From Faecousia sp. (GTDB taxonomy: Bacteria > Bacillota > Clostridia > Oscillospirales > Oscillospiraceae): a stretch of DNA of 64,000 bases. The position numbers were made by a program, and so were the translations under genes. This document shows positions 18,551 to 27,210 of this stretch, one piece after another. Where the stretch lies: the NCBI GenBank assembly GCA_045656945.1, contig JAZOSD010000079.1, forward strand, positions 2,797 through 66,796. The letters run 5' to 3'. Under the pieces are notes generated by a model. It made no database searches and had not been told where the DNA came from. It worked only from the letters and a program-made list of their open reading frames with translations. How positions within the stretch are numbered: the first letter of the stretch is position 1; the number at the start of each line of letters is the position of its first letter.

Positions 18551-19139
18551 AGATACGGCTAGTCTAAGGTTCTTGATAAAACCGGACTATTTCTTAGCAC
18601 TGGCTTTGGCGTTGCTTATTCTACCATTAAAATGGGTTCTTGCCTGGATCGCTGCCAGTGGGTTTCACGAATTATGTCATTATCTGGCAATACAAATGTG
18701 TGGCTGCAAAACTTTCCGTATTCAAATCAGTATAAAAGGAGTGGAGATGGAAGCGGAATTTACAGATAGCATAAAAGAGCTTATTTGTGCACTAGCTGGC
18801 CCTGTAGGTGGCTTTTTGCTGATTCTAACAGGGAAGTGGTTTCCACGTTTTGCTATTTGTGGTTTTTTTCAGAGTATTTATAACTTGATCCCAATCTATC
18901 CAATGGATGGCGGTCGCGCTGTCCACTGCATTTTACAATATTTTGTTCCTGCACCCTACAATGAAAAACTAGAGAAGTGGATAGTCGATATGACTATGCT
19001 TGTATTTCTTCTCTTAGGACTATATGCTTCTTTTTACTTAAAAATTGGAATAATGCCTCTGTTTTTTGCAATCGTTCTGATTCTAAAGAATAAACAGGGA
19101 AAATGTACTTGCAAAGAAGTCCTTTTCGGAGTAAAATAG
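18543..19139 (+). CDS. Site-2 protease family M50 (SpoIVFB-like)
   Basis: FHELCH (HExxH), ALAGP, NLIPIYPMDGG; several TM segments. Confidence 0.85.
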   Translation: MDRDTASLRFLIKPDYFLALALALLILPLKWVLAWIAASGFHELCHYLAIQMCGCKTFRIQISIKGVEMEAEFTDSIKELICALAGPVGGFLLILTGKWFPRFAICGFFQSIYNLIPIYPMDGGRAVHCILQYFVPAPYNEKLEKWIVDMTMLVFLLLGLYASFYLKIGIMPLFFAIVLILKNKQGKCTCKEVLFGVK

Positions 19140-19167
19140 TGCTACTAAAAAATAAAGAGGTACGGTT

Positions 19168-21003
19168 ATGACCGAATTGCTGCAAAGAATTTTACCGACG
19201 GTACAAAAACCAGCACGTTACACCGGCGGTGAATATAATGAAATCAAGAAAAACCTGAAAGATGTTCGAGTTCGGGTTGCCTTTTGTTTTCCGGATACCT
19301 ATGAGATCGGTATGTCTAATGTTGGTATGCGGATCTTATACGGTGTAATGAATGAAATAGATGGTGTTTGGTGCGAGCGGGTTTTTGCTCCTTGGGGCGA
19401 TATGGAGGAGGCTATGCGTAAGCATAATCTTCCTCTATGGGCACTGGAAAGTCAGGATTCTGTTAAGGATTTTGATATGATTGCCTTTACCATCGGTTAC
19501 GAGATGAGCTATACCAATATTTTGAATATGCTGAATTTAGCAGGGATTCCACTTCGTTCCATAGAACGGAAGGGTCTTGAAAACATTATTTTCGCCGGTG
19601 GTGTTTGCGCATTCAATCCAGAGCCTCTTGCGGATTTTATTGACTTTTTTGCACTGGGCGAAGGTGAGGAAATTACCCCTGAAATTCTTAGCTTGTATGA
19701 CAAAGCCAAAGCTGAGCGTTGGAGCAAGGAATCCTTTCTTTTAGAGGTATCTAAAATTCCAGGTGTTTATGTTCCTTCCTTTTATGAACATAATTACAAT
19801 GATGATGGTACAATTTCCGAGATCATTCCTATGAAGAATGGTCCTAAAAGCATTAAAAAGCGCATCGTTGAAGATCTGGACAATGCATATTTCCCCACAA
19901 AGATGATTGTAAGCTCTACTGAGATTGTTCACGATCGTGCAAATTTGGAAGTGTTCCGAGGATGTATCCGCGGCTGTCGGTTCTGTCAGGCGGGTTTCTC
20001 CTGTCGTCCTGTTCGTAAGAAAAGTGCGGATGTTTTGTATCGTCAGGCAGTGGAAACGCTGGAAAATTCCGGTCATAATGAAATTACATTGTCTAGTCTT
20101 TCCACATCGGATTACCGTCAGCTCAAGGAGCTTACAGACGACCTGATTCCATACTGTAAAGAGAACAAGATCAATTTGTCTGTTCCTTCTTTGCGTGCCG
20201 ATAATTTTTCCCGCGAATTAATGGGAAAACTCCAAACACTTCGGAAAAGTGGACTGACTTTTGCACCGGAGGCAGGTACACAGCGTCTAAGAGATGTAAT
20301 TAATAAAAATCTGACTGAAGATGAAATATTAACTACCTGCCAAAATGCATTTTCCGGTGGATGGAATAATGTTAAGCTTTACTTTATGCTGGGCTTGCCT
20401 ACGGAGACCGATGAGGATGTTCTGGGAATTGCGGAGCTTGTGTATAAGGTTATTCAAACCTGGAAGGAACACGCTTCCAATAAAAAACGCGGATTGCGGG
20501 TTCACGTTGCTACGGCATATTTTGTACCGAAGCCACATACACCATTCCAGTGGGAAAAGCAAATAACTCCGGAAGAGTATATGCGCAGGTGTAAATTGTT
20601 GAAAAGTCATTTTTACTCTAAGTCTATCGAATATAATTACCACGAGCCGGATTTGAGTCGATTGGAAGCGGTTATGGCAAGAGGTGACCGTCGCCTTGGT
20701 TCTGTGATTGAAGAAGCAGTACGACATGGCGCGCGGCTGGACGGCTGGGATGAGTATTTTAATTATAACATCTGGATGGAGGCATTTGCGACCTGTGGCG
20801 TTGATCCTGATTTCTACACAGTCAGAGGTTATGACGAAAACGAAGTGCTACCCTGGGATACGATTGATGTTGGCATTACCAAGCCGTATCTGAAGAAGGT
20901 GCGGAGGCAAGCATATGCGGGCCGTATAACCCCGGATTGCCGGCACATCTGCAGCGGATGTGGCGCAAGTAATCTTCTTAAGGAGGTGGTCTGTGATGCC
21001 TAG
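19168..21003 (+). CDS. B12-binding radical SAM protein, TIGR03960-like
   Basis: VQKPARYTGGE, FPDTYEIGMS, RGCIRGCRFCQAG (CxxxCxxC), FAPEAG, FVPKPHTPFQW, C-terminal C...C..CG. Confidence 0.9.
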   Translation: MTELLQRILPTVQKPARYTGGEYNEIKKNLKDVRVRVAFCFPDTYEIGMSNVGMRILYGVMNEIDGVWCERVFAPWGDMEEAMRKHNLPLWALESQDSVKDFDMIAFTIGYEMSYTNILNMLNLAGIPLRSIERKGLENIIFAGGVCAFNPEPLADFIDFFALGEGEEITPEILSLYDKAKAERWSKESFLLEVSKIPGVYVPSFYEHNYNDDGTISEIIPMKNGPKSIKKRIVEDLDNAYFPTKMIVSSTEIVHDRANLEVFRGCIRGCRFCQAGFSCRPVRKKSADVLYRQAVETLENSGHNEITLSSLSTSDYRQLKELTDDLIPYCKENKINLSVPSLRADNFSRELMGKLQTLRKSGLTFAPEAGTQRLRDVINKNLTEDEILTTCQNAFSGGWNNVKLYFMLGLPTETDEDVLGIAELVYKVIQTWKEHASNKKRGLRVHVATAYFVPKPHTPFQWEKQITPEEYMRRCKLLKSHFYSKSIEYNYHEPDLSRLEAVMARGDRRLGSVIEEAVRHGARLDGWDEYFNYNIWMEAFATCGVDPDFYTVRGYDENEVLPWDTIDVGITKPYLKKVRRQAYAGRITPDCRHICSGCGASNLLKEVVCDA

Positions 21004-21655
21004 AATGTTGTTTGAGAAAACCGGCAATGCAATCTGGATTTCCCACTTGGATCTTATGCGTGTTTTTCAGAGGGCATTCAAGCGGGCAGGATTATCGCTG
21101 ACGCATACGCAAGGTTTTAATCCCAGACCCTCTGTATCGATTGCGCTGCCGCTGTCAGTTGGTACACAGAGCCATTGTGAGCTGTTAGATTTTGATTTGG
21201 ATGGAGATAATATTCCTTGCGATGAAATTTGCAATCGCTTAAACAGTAACCTTATAGAAGGTGTGCGGGTGCTGCAGGTGTATGAAGATGCCAGAAAATT
21301 ACGGGATCTTGCACTGATGCAATGTACAGTCACATTGAAGTACGATAAACCTTTGGATAAGGGAGCACGTAAGCAGATTGAAGAACTTTTTGCGTCACAA
21401 CAGCTGATCGTACCCAAAAAGACAAAAAACGGCATACAGGATCAGGATATTATTCCGATGATCCGCAATTTATCCGTATCCCGGTCTGCAGATAATCTAC
21501 TGGAGCTTAATGCTTTGATTTGTTGCCAAAACCCAACACTTAATCCAGCACAAATGGTTTTAGCTATTGAGCACTATATGCCACAATTGAAGCCGGATTA
21601 CAGTCATTGCTGCCGGCTGGAAGTTTTTGATAATAACGAAGAAATTTTTCGATAA
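20996..21655 (+). CDS. Radical SAM-associated protein, TIGR03936/DUF2344-like
   Basis: F.KTG...ISHLD.MR.FQRA..RAGL....TQGFNPRP; overlaps radical SAM gene. Confidence 0.88.
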   Translation: MPRMLFEKTGNAIWISHLDLMRVFQRAFKRAGLSLTHTQGFNPRPSVSIALPLSVGTQSHCELLDFDLDGDNIPCDEICNRLNSNLIEGVRVLQVYEDARKLRDLALMQCTVTLKYDKPLDKGARKQIEELFASQQLIVPKKTKNGIQDQDIIPMIRNLSVSRSADNLLELNALICCQNPTLNPAQMVLAIEHYMPQLKPDYSHCCRLEVFDNNEEIFR

Positions 21656-21665
21656 GGAGATTAAT

Positions 21666-21884
21666 ATGGAAAATATAATTGAACTGGAAGAGTGCCCCTG
21701 CTGCCGTGGTGCAGGTATGATTTCACACGAAGGTGGTTGGAATGTACAGGTAGTTTGCGTAGATTGCGGTAGCTGTACTGCTTATGTTGAGTATGAAAAC
21801 GAGACAGAAAAACAGGAAGCAGAGCGAACTGTTGCACGCCTTTGGAATATGGGAAAAGTAGTAAAATCTAACCCCGGAGAATAA
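21666..21884 (+). CDS. Small Zn-ribbon protein (Lar/restriction-alleviation-like)
   Basis: LEECPCCRG...VVCVDCG...WN pattern; AAGGAG RBS. Confidence 0.6.
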   Translation: MENIIELEECPCCRGAGMISHEGGWNVQVVCVDCGSCTAYVEYENETEKQEAERTVARLWNMGKVVKSNPGE

Positions 21885-21909
21885 TTTTTCAAAAAAATGA
21901 AAAAAATGC

Positions 21910-21938
21910 TTGCATTTTTCGTCAGGGTGTGCTAATAT
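21910..21938 (+). promoter_or_regulatory. sigmaA promoter of tRNA-Pro(GGG)
   Basis: TTGCAT-N17-TAATAT with extended TG. Confidence 0.65.
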
Positions 21939-21970
21939 ACTCAGGCGTTCAGGAAAACGTAAGCATAAAT

Positions 21971-22047
21971 CCGGGTGTGGCGAAGTTTGGTATCGCGCTT
22001 GAATGGGGTTCAAGAGGCCTCGAGTTCGAATCTCGACACTCGGACCA
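21971..22047 (+). tRNA. tRNA-Pro(GGG)
   Basis: 77 nt; acceptor CCGGGTG/CACTCGG; anticodon arm CTTGA-ATGGGGT-TCAAG; encoded CCA. Confidence 0.95.
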
Positions 22048-22234
22048 AAAAGCAAGAAAGAGCATTTGTTCTTTCTTGCTTTTTCTTTTTGCTGTAGGAA
22101 AAGAACTCGAGGCCTCTTGTATTACAATAACAGGCCGAAGGCAGTCAGCACGAAGTGCTAGACTGCCTCGAGTTCGAATCTCGACACTCGGACCAAGAAG
22201 CAAGAAAGAGCATTTGTTCTTTCTTGCTTTTTCT
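22017..22234 (+). repeat. Direct repeat (period 148 bp) of tRNA-Pro 3' end plus terminator
   Basis: GCCTCGAGTTCGAATCTCGACACTCGGACCA at 22017-22047 and 22165-22195, each followed by AAGCAAGAAAGAGCATTTGTTCTTTCTTGCTTTT. Confidence 0.9.
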
Positions 22235-22274
22235 TATAAAAACTCCACCAATTAAAAAAATATTAAAAAAGTAC

Positions 22275-22303
22275 TTGATTTCCTGAAATTACCGTGCTAT
22301 AAT
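22275..22303 (+). promoter_or_regulatory. sigmaA promoter of rplS
   Basis: TTGATT-N17-TATAAT with TG. Confidence 0.75.
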
Positions 22304-22309
22304 TACTCG

Positions 22310-22381
22310 GTCTGAAATCAAGGTGAGTCCTCTGCAGAGCCGGGAACCATATCGCCGGAGCAATCTCTGTATGAACGCCTA
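22310..22381 (+). ncRNA. Possible L19 ribosomal-protein leader
   Basis: About 90-nt 5'UTR of rplS with TCCTCTGC...GTATGAAC and CAGAG/CTCTG stem; position typical of L19 leaders; no covariance model run. Confidence 0.4.
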
Positions 22382-22401
22382 ATACTAAGGAGGACGAAGA
22401 T

Positions 22402-22743
22402 ATGGATTTAGTAAAGGCTCTGTCCAGCCAGTACATGAAGGAAGAGCTGCCCGAAATGCGGGTTGGCGACACTGTTCGTGTGCATGTGCGGATCAAGGAA
22501 GGCTCTCGTGAGCGTATTCAGGTGTTTGAAGGCACTATCATCGCTCGCAAGCACGGCGGTATCGGTGAGACCATCACTGTTCGCCGCATCAGCTACGGCG
22601 TAGGCTGTGAAAAGGTTTTCCCTGTTCACTCTCCCCGTATTGCCAGTGTTGAGACTGTTCGTAAGGGTAAGGTTCGCCGTGCGAAGCTGTACTACCTGCG
22701 TGGTCGTTTTGGCAAGGCTGCTAAGATCAAGGAAAAGGTCTAA
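22402..22743 (+). CDS. rplS: 50S ribosomal protein L19
   Basis: [49 protein letters not shown]. Confidence 0.98.
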   Translation: MDLVKALSSQYMKEELPEMRVGDTVRVHVRIKEGSRERIQVFEGTIIARKHGGIGETITVRRISYGVGCEKVFPVHSPRIASVETVRKGKVRRAKLYYLRGRFGKAAKIKEKV

Positions 22744-22756
22744 TTCAAAATTCAAT

Positions 22757-22784
22757 AAAAAAAGAGGGGCAACCCTCTTTTTTT
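22757..22784 (+). terminator. Terminator after rplS
   Basis: AAAAAAAGAGG-GGCAA-CCTCTTTTTTT. Confidence 0.75.
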
Positions 22785-22878
22785 ATTGCCAAAAATCGTT
22801 TATAATGATAAAATTAAAGAAATTTGATTGATATTAATGTATTATGTATTATTCGACCATCTTCTTGGAGGTGCTTTC

Positions 22879-23526
22879 GTGAAACGAGGAAAGTTTGAAC
22901 TATCAAAAGCATATAAACCCCTATATACAAAAGGCTGTGAAGAGGAAAAGCGGGAGAAGGTGTCTGATCCCGCCAAAAATATATTGGATTATCTTCACGA
23001 CTTTGTCACACTTCTATCCGGTGTACTTCTGATACTCTTGCTTTTACTGCGGGTGGTGGTAGTTTCCGGTCCTTCAATGAAAAATACATTGATTGACGGC
23101 GATTATATTATTTTATTGAGCAATGTGTTTTATGCTGATCCTTCCTATGGTGATGTTGTGGTTGCCAGCAAGGAGTCTTTTAAGAACGGTGAGCCGATTA
23201 TTAAGCGTATTATTGCCACTGAAGGTCAAATAGTTGACATCGACTTCAATGCTGGCATTGTTTATGTAGATGGCGAAGCGCTGGATGAGCCGTACACCCT
23301 AACAGATACAAATTTGGAAGAGGGAATACAATTTCCTTTGACTGTCGATGAGGGATGTGTATTTGTAATGGGCGATAACCGCAATGAATCAAAGGACAGT
23401 CGTAATCCGGAAATTGGTCAGATCGATTGCCGGGAAATTTTGGGCAGAGCCTTATTTTTAATTTTTCCCGGTGAGAACAAAGAAACGGAAAAACGTGATT
23501 TTACCAGAATCGGAGTGCTTTCTTAA
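22879..23526 (+). CDS. lepB: Signal peptidase I
   Basis: V.GPSM..TL (Ser), IIKRII (Lys), MGDNR..S.DSR; GTG start after GGAGG. Confidence 0.93.
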   Translation: MKRGKFELSKAYKPLYTKGCEEEKREKVSDPAKNILDYLHDFVTLLSGVLLILLLLLRVVVVSGPSMKNTLIDGDYIILLSNVFYADPSYGDVVVASKESFKNGEPIIKRIIATEGQIVDIDFNAGIVYVDGEALDEPYTLTDTNLEEGIQFPLTVDEGCVFVMGDNRNESKDSRNPEIGQIDCREILGRALFLIFPGENKETEKRDFTRIGVLS

Positions 23527-24395
23527 TGGATGAAAAAATGATGAATATCCAGTGGTATCCCGGTCATATGACAAAAACGCGGCGCCAAATCGAAGCAGAT
23601 TTGAAGCAGGTGGATGCAGTTTGTGAGATCGTTGATGCCAGAATTCCAATTTCAAGCCGGAATCCGGATATTGATGCTATATGTGGTAATAAGCCTCGTA
23701 TTATTATATTGAATCGCATGGACCTTGCTGATCCGGATGCTACGAAACGGTGGATGACATATTTCCGTGGAAAAGGTATGGCTGCTGTTGCAACAGATTG
23801 TAAAAGCAGAAAGGGAATTTCTGACTTTCAGCCTGCCGTCCGATCTGTTTTGAAGGAAAAAATTCAGCGGAATTTGGAAAGAGGAATGAACAAACCCCTT
23901 CGGGTTATGATTGTAGGAATTCCCAACGTAGGAAAATCCACACTTATAAATCAAATTTCCGGGCGAAAAGGTGCGAAAGCCGAGAATCGCCCCGGAGTTA
24001 CCCGTGGTAAGCAATGGGTTACCGTTGACAATAGTCTACTGCTTTTAGATACACCCGGTATACTCTGGCCCAAATTTGAAGACCCAGAGGTTGGTATGAT
24101 GCTGGCATACACAGGTGCTGTCAAAGAGGGTGTAATTGACCTGGAAGAATTGGCTTGTCGGTTGATGGAACTTTTATGGAAGTATTATCCGGAAACTGTG
24201 CGTCAGCGGTATAAGGTCGATATGCCGGAGAACACACCCGGCTATGAACTTCTGGAGGAAGCTGGCAGAAAACGTGGATTTTTGTTGGCACGGGGCGAGA
24301 TCAACACCGAACGAATGGCTAAAGTTTTGATGGATGAGTACCGTTCTGGTAAGCTTGGTCGACTCACACTGGAAGAACCGGAGGGTTTGAAATGA
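23526..24395 (+). CDS. rbgA: Ribosome biogenesis GTPase RbgA/YlqF
   Basis: IQWYPGHM, DARIP.SS.NP, GIPNVGKST, PGVTRG.QW, LLDTPG. Confidence 0.95.
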   Translation: MDEKMMNIQWYPGHMTKTRRQIEADLKQVDAVCEIVDARIPISSRNPDIDAICGNKPRIIILNRMDLADPDATKRWMTYFRGKGMAAVATDCKSRKGISDFQPAVRSVLKEKIQRNLERGMNKPLRVMIVGIPNVGKSTLINQISGRKGAKAENRPGVTRGKQWVTVDNSLLLLDTPGILWPKFEDPEVGMMLAYTGAVKEGVIDLEELACRLMELLWKYYPETVRQRYKVDMPENTPGYELLEEAGRKRGFLLARGEINTERMAKVLMDEYRSGKLGRLTLEEPEGLK

Positions 24396-25006
24396 GCGAG
24401 CACAACTTATGGCAGTTCGAAGATAAATATTATTTACAGGGAATGAAACTTGTTTGCGGTGTGGATGAGGCTGGACGTGGACCATTAGCCGGTCCTGTTT
24501 GCGCTGCAGCAGTGATCCTTCCTGAACATGTTGATATTCCAGGATTAGATGATAGTAAAAAGCTGTCCGATAAACGCCGGAGAGAATTATATCCGATTAT
24601 CAAAGAGCAGGCAATTTCTTATGGTATCGGTTTTGCAGACTGCAAGGAAATTGACGAAATTAATATATTGCAGGCAACGTTTCTTGCAATGGAACGGGCA
24701 ATTTCTGCTTTGGAAGTGAAACCCGAAGTTGCTTTGATTGACGGTAATCGTCAAAAAGATTTTGGTTTACCTGTAGAAACGATAGTACATGGAGATAGCT
24801 TGAGTGCCAGTATTGCTGCTGCTTCTATTCTTGCCAAAGTAACAAGAGATGATGTGATGCTGGAAATGGCAAAGGAATATCCCCAGTATGGTTTTGAAAT
24901 CCACAAGGGTTATGGCACAAAGGCACACTATACTGCACTGGCTGATAATGGTCCTTGTCCGATTCACCGTATGTCTTTTTTGAAAAAACTTTATGGGACG
25001 AAATAA
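24392..25006 (+). CDS. rnhB: Ribonuclease HII
   Basis: GVDEAGRGPLAGPV, DSKKL, IDGN, SIAAASILAKV.RD, HKGYGT..H. Confidence 0.96.
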   Translation: MSEHNLWQFEDKYYLQGMKLVCGVDEAGRGPLAGPVCAAAVILPEHVDIPGLDDSKKLSDKRRRELYPIIKEQAISYGIGFADCKEIDEINILQATFLAMERAISALEVKPEVALIDGNRQKDFGLPVETIVHGDSLSASIAAASILAKVTRDDVMLEMAKEYPQYGFEIHKGYGTKAHYTALADNGPCPIHRMSFLKKLYGTK

Positions 25007-25358
25007 CTTAGTTGGAGCTTGGGGCGAAATGCAAGCTGCAGCTTATTTGCAGAAAAAGCACTATAAAATCGTAACAGTAAATTACCGCTGCCGATATGGT
25101 GAGATTGATTTGATCGCAGCCAATCGTAAATATTTGGTGTTTGTTGAAGTAAAGTTGAGAAAGAATAACCGTTTTGCAAATGCTTATGAATTTGTGGATC
25201 ATTATAAGCAGGAGCGCTTGCGAACCACCGCTGAATTATATCTGTCACAAAATCCAACAAATCTACAGCCACGGTTTGATGTTATAGAAGTATATGCACC
25301 TGATGGCATAGAGACAGAAAAACCAAAAATCCATCATTTGGAGGATGCGTTTGAATGA
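24993..25358 (+). CDS. YraN family endonuclease-like protein
   Basis: G..GE..AA.YL, NYRCRYGEIDLIA, LVFVEVK.R, RFDVIEV. Confidence 0.92.
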   Translation: MGRNNLVGAWGEMQAAAYLQKKHYKIVTVNYRCRYGEIDLIAANRKYLVFVEVKLRKNNRFANAYEFVDHYKQERLRTTAELYLSQNPTNLQPRFDVIEVYAPDGIETEKPKIHHLEDAFE

Positions 25359-26302
25359 AGTTTCCTGTTTTTGATCTGCATTGTGATACTGCGCTACGGC
25401 TTTTGGGAAAAAGTTTGCAGGAATGCGGTAATCTTGCAGAGAATGAACTGCATATCGATCTGAAGCGGGCAGGGGAACTGGCCGGTTATGCCCAGTGCTT
25501 TGCTTGTTTTACATCTCCGGACTCAAAGAAGAACATAAAGCCTGAGGAATTATTTGAGCGGGAAATGGTATCTGTTCTCCGTGAGGTGGAAAGCCATAAG
25601 GATAAAATTTCTCTTGCATATAGTGCTAAGGACATTGAACAGAACTATGCAAATGGAAAAATGTCTGCAATTTTGACCATTGAAGGTCCCGCTGGCTTTG
25701 GATTTGATCCTGCTCTTTTAGAAGATCTTTACAAGATCGGATTCCGTATCACAACGCTTGGTTGGAATGAAAGTAACATTTTGACTGGCTCCCACAAAAC
25801 TGGTGAAGGACTGACAGAACTGGGCAGGGAATATGTAAAAGAAGCCCAACGACTGGGTATGATTGTGGATGTCAGTCATATTAGTGACAAGGGTTTCTGG
25901 GACATTATGGAGATCACCAATGCCCCCATCATTGCATCTCATTCCAATAGCAGAGCTGTTTGGAATGTATCACGTAATTTGACAGATGATATGTTCAAAG
26001 CTATTTGCCAGACAGGGGGCGTTGCGGGAATTAACTTGTATGCTGGTTTCTTGGGACAAGATCCCAAACTGGATACAGTTTGTGACCACATTCTCCACTT
26101 TATGGAAGTCGATGGCAGTGCATCCCACATTGCCTTGGGCGGAGACCTTGACGGTTGCGACAAGCTTCCTTTCGGCTTTACCGGCATCCAGGATTATAAC
26201 AAGCTGGCAGATGCACTTCTAAATCGTGGACTTGATAACAAGACAGTACATAATATTTTCTGGGATAATGCAATTGGAGTGATGAAATTATGCTGTATGT
26301 AA
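25355..26302 (+). CDS. Membrane dipeptidase family (M19)
   Basis: FDLHCD, LTIEG, DVSH, IASHSN, ALGGDLDG motifs. Confidence 0.9.
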   Translation: MKFPVFDLHCDTALRLLGKSLQECGNLAENELHIDLKRAGELAGYAQCFACFTSPDSKKNIKPEELFEREMVSVLREVESHKDKISLAYSAKDIEQNYANGKMSAILTIEGPAGFGFDPALLEDLYKIGFRITTLGWNESNILTGSHKTGEGLTELGREYVKEAQRLGMIVDVSHISDKGFWDIMEITNAPIIASHSNSRAVWNVSRNLTDDMFKAICQTGGVAGINLYAGFLGQDPKLDTVCDHILHFMEVDGSASHIALGGDLDGCDKLPFGFTGIQDYNKLADALLNRGLDNKTVHNIFWDNAIGVMKLCCM

Positions 26303-27204
26303 GCACAAAGAATAAAACGGATTCTTTTACCGCGTACAGAGTTTTACACGAGGATAAAACACCGGATAAAGGTTTTTTTGCACCTTTTCATCTGCCTGTT
26401 TTTGACAGTGATGAAATCGAAGCGTTGAAAACACAGACATTTTCCGAGACAGTGTCTAAAGTCCTGAATCTGTTCTTTTCTCGCCGTATAACCAGTTGGG
26501 ATGTTGAATTCTCAATTGGTAGATATCCTTTTAAAATTGAAAACCTTGGTCAGCGGGTTGTTATTGCGGAACTTTGGCACAACAATCAGTCTGACTACAA
26601 TTATATCGTTTCCAGTCTTTATAAAAAGCTTTCGGATCATCCTTGCAAAGATGTACCTATTTGGGTGAGCATTGCCATTGAGATTGCTATGCTGTTCGGT
26701 TTGTATGGTGAATTGTTACGCACTGGTATTGAGAGTGCGGATGTTTCGGTGACAGATGATGTGCCGCGTTATCCCATTGCTGCGTGGTATGCACGAAAAA
26801 TGGGTCTTCCTATTGGTGTCATTCTATGTGGTTGCTCAGAAAACAGCGGTCTGTGGGATCTCCTCCGTAAAGGTGAGGCTTCTGCTAACATAAATGAGGA
26901 GATTCAACAGCTTATCTTTGAGAATTTTGGCGTAGATGAAGCGGTTCGCTTTGCAACGGTCCGTAGCGAAGGTCGTATTTACAGACTGACGGATGCACAG
27001 ACGGAGATTTTAAGCGAAGGCATCTATCCATCTGTTATTGGCTCGGAGCGAATTCCTGCTGTCAAAGCTAGTATCCAGCGTACCTGCGGTTATTCTGCAG
27101 ATATGGAGACTGCAGCTGCATACGGTGCTGTTCAGGATTATAGAGCTGCTACCGGTGAAAACCACACAACACTGCTTCTTTCGCGGCATAAACCTAAGGA
27201 GTGA
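26290..27204 (+). CDS. Degenerate threonine-synthase (ThrC) homolog lacking PLP-binding residues
   Basis: MLYVST...PDKGFFAP, AELWH, AAWYARKMGLPIG.ILCG.SEN, CGY.AD.ETA.AY align by eye to ThrC; AFKD and PTGNFGN motifs absent. Confidence 0.7.
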   Translation: MLYVSTKNKTDSFTAYRVLHEDKTPDKGFFAPFHLPVFDSDEIEALKTQTFSETVSKVLNLFFSRRITSWDVEFSIGRYPFKIENLGQRVVIAELWHNNQSDYNYIVSSLYKKLSDHPCKDVPIWVSIAIEIAMLFGLYGELLRTGIESADVSVTDDVPRYPIAAWYARKMGLPIGVILCGCSENSGLWDLLRKGEASANINEEIQQLIFENFGVDEAVRFATVRSEGRIYRLTDAQTEILSEGIYPSVIGSERIPAVKASIQRTCGYSADMETAAAYGAVQDYRAATGENHTTLLLSRHKPKE

Positions 27205-27210
27205 TCACCT

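Noticed and set aside
21666-21884. Prophage remnant implied by the Lar-like gene
   Set aside because: No integrase or phage genes, and the gene lies on the 5' side of the tRNA, outside the duplicated 3'-end interval.
22017-22234. Possible CRISPR array
   Set aside because: Only two copies, the repeat is tRNA-derived and about 70 bp long, and there are no cas genes.
21723-22255. ORFs overlapping tRNA-Pro(GGG) and its repeat (also 18057..18248)
   Set aside because: Translations of tRNA and terminator sequence; no coding support.
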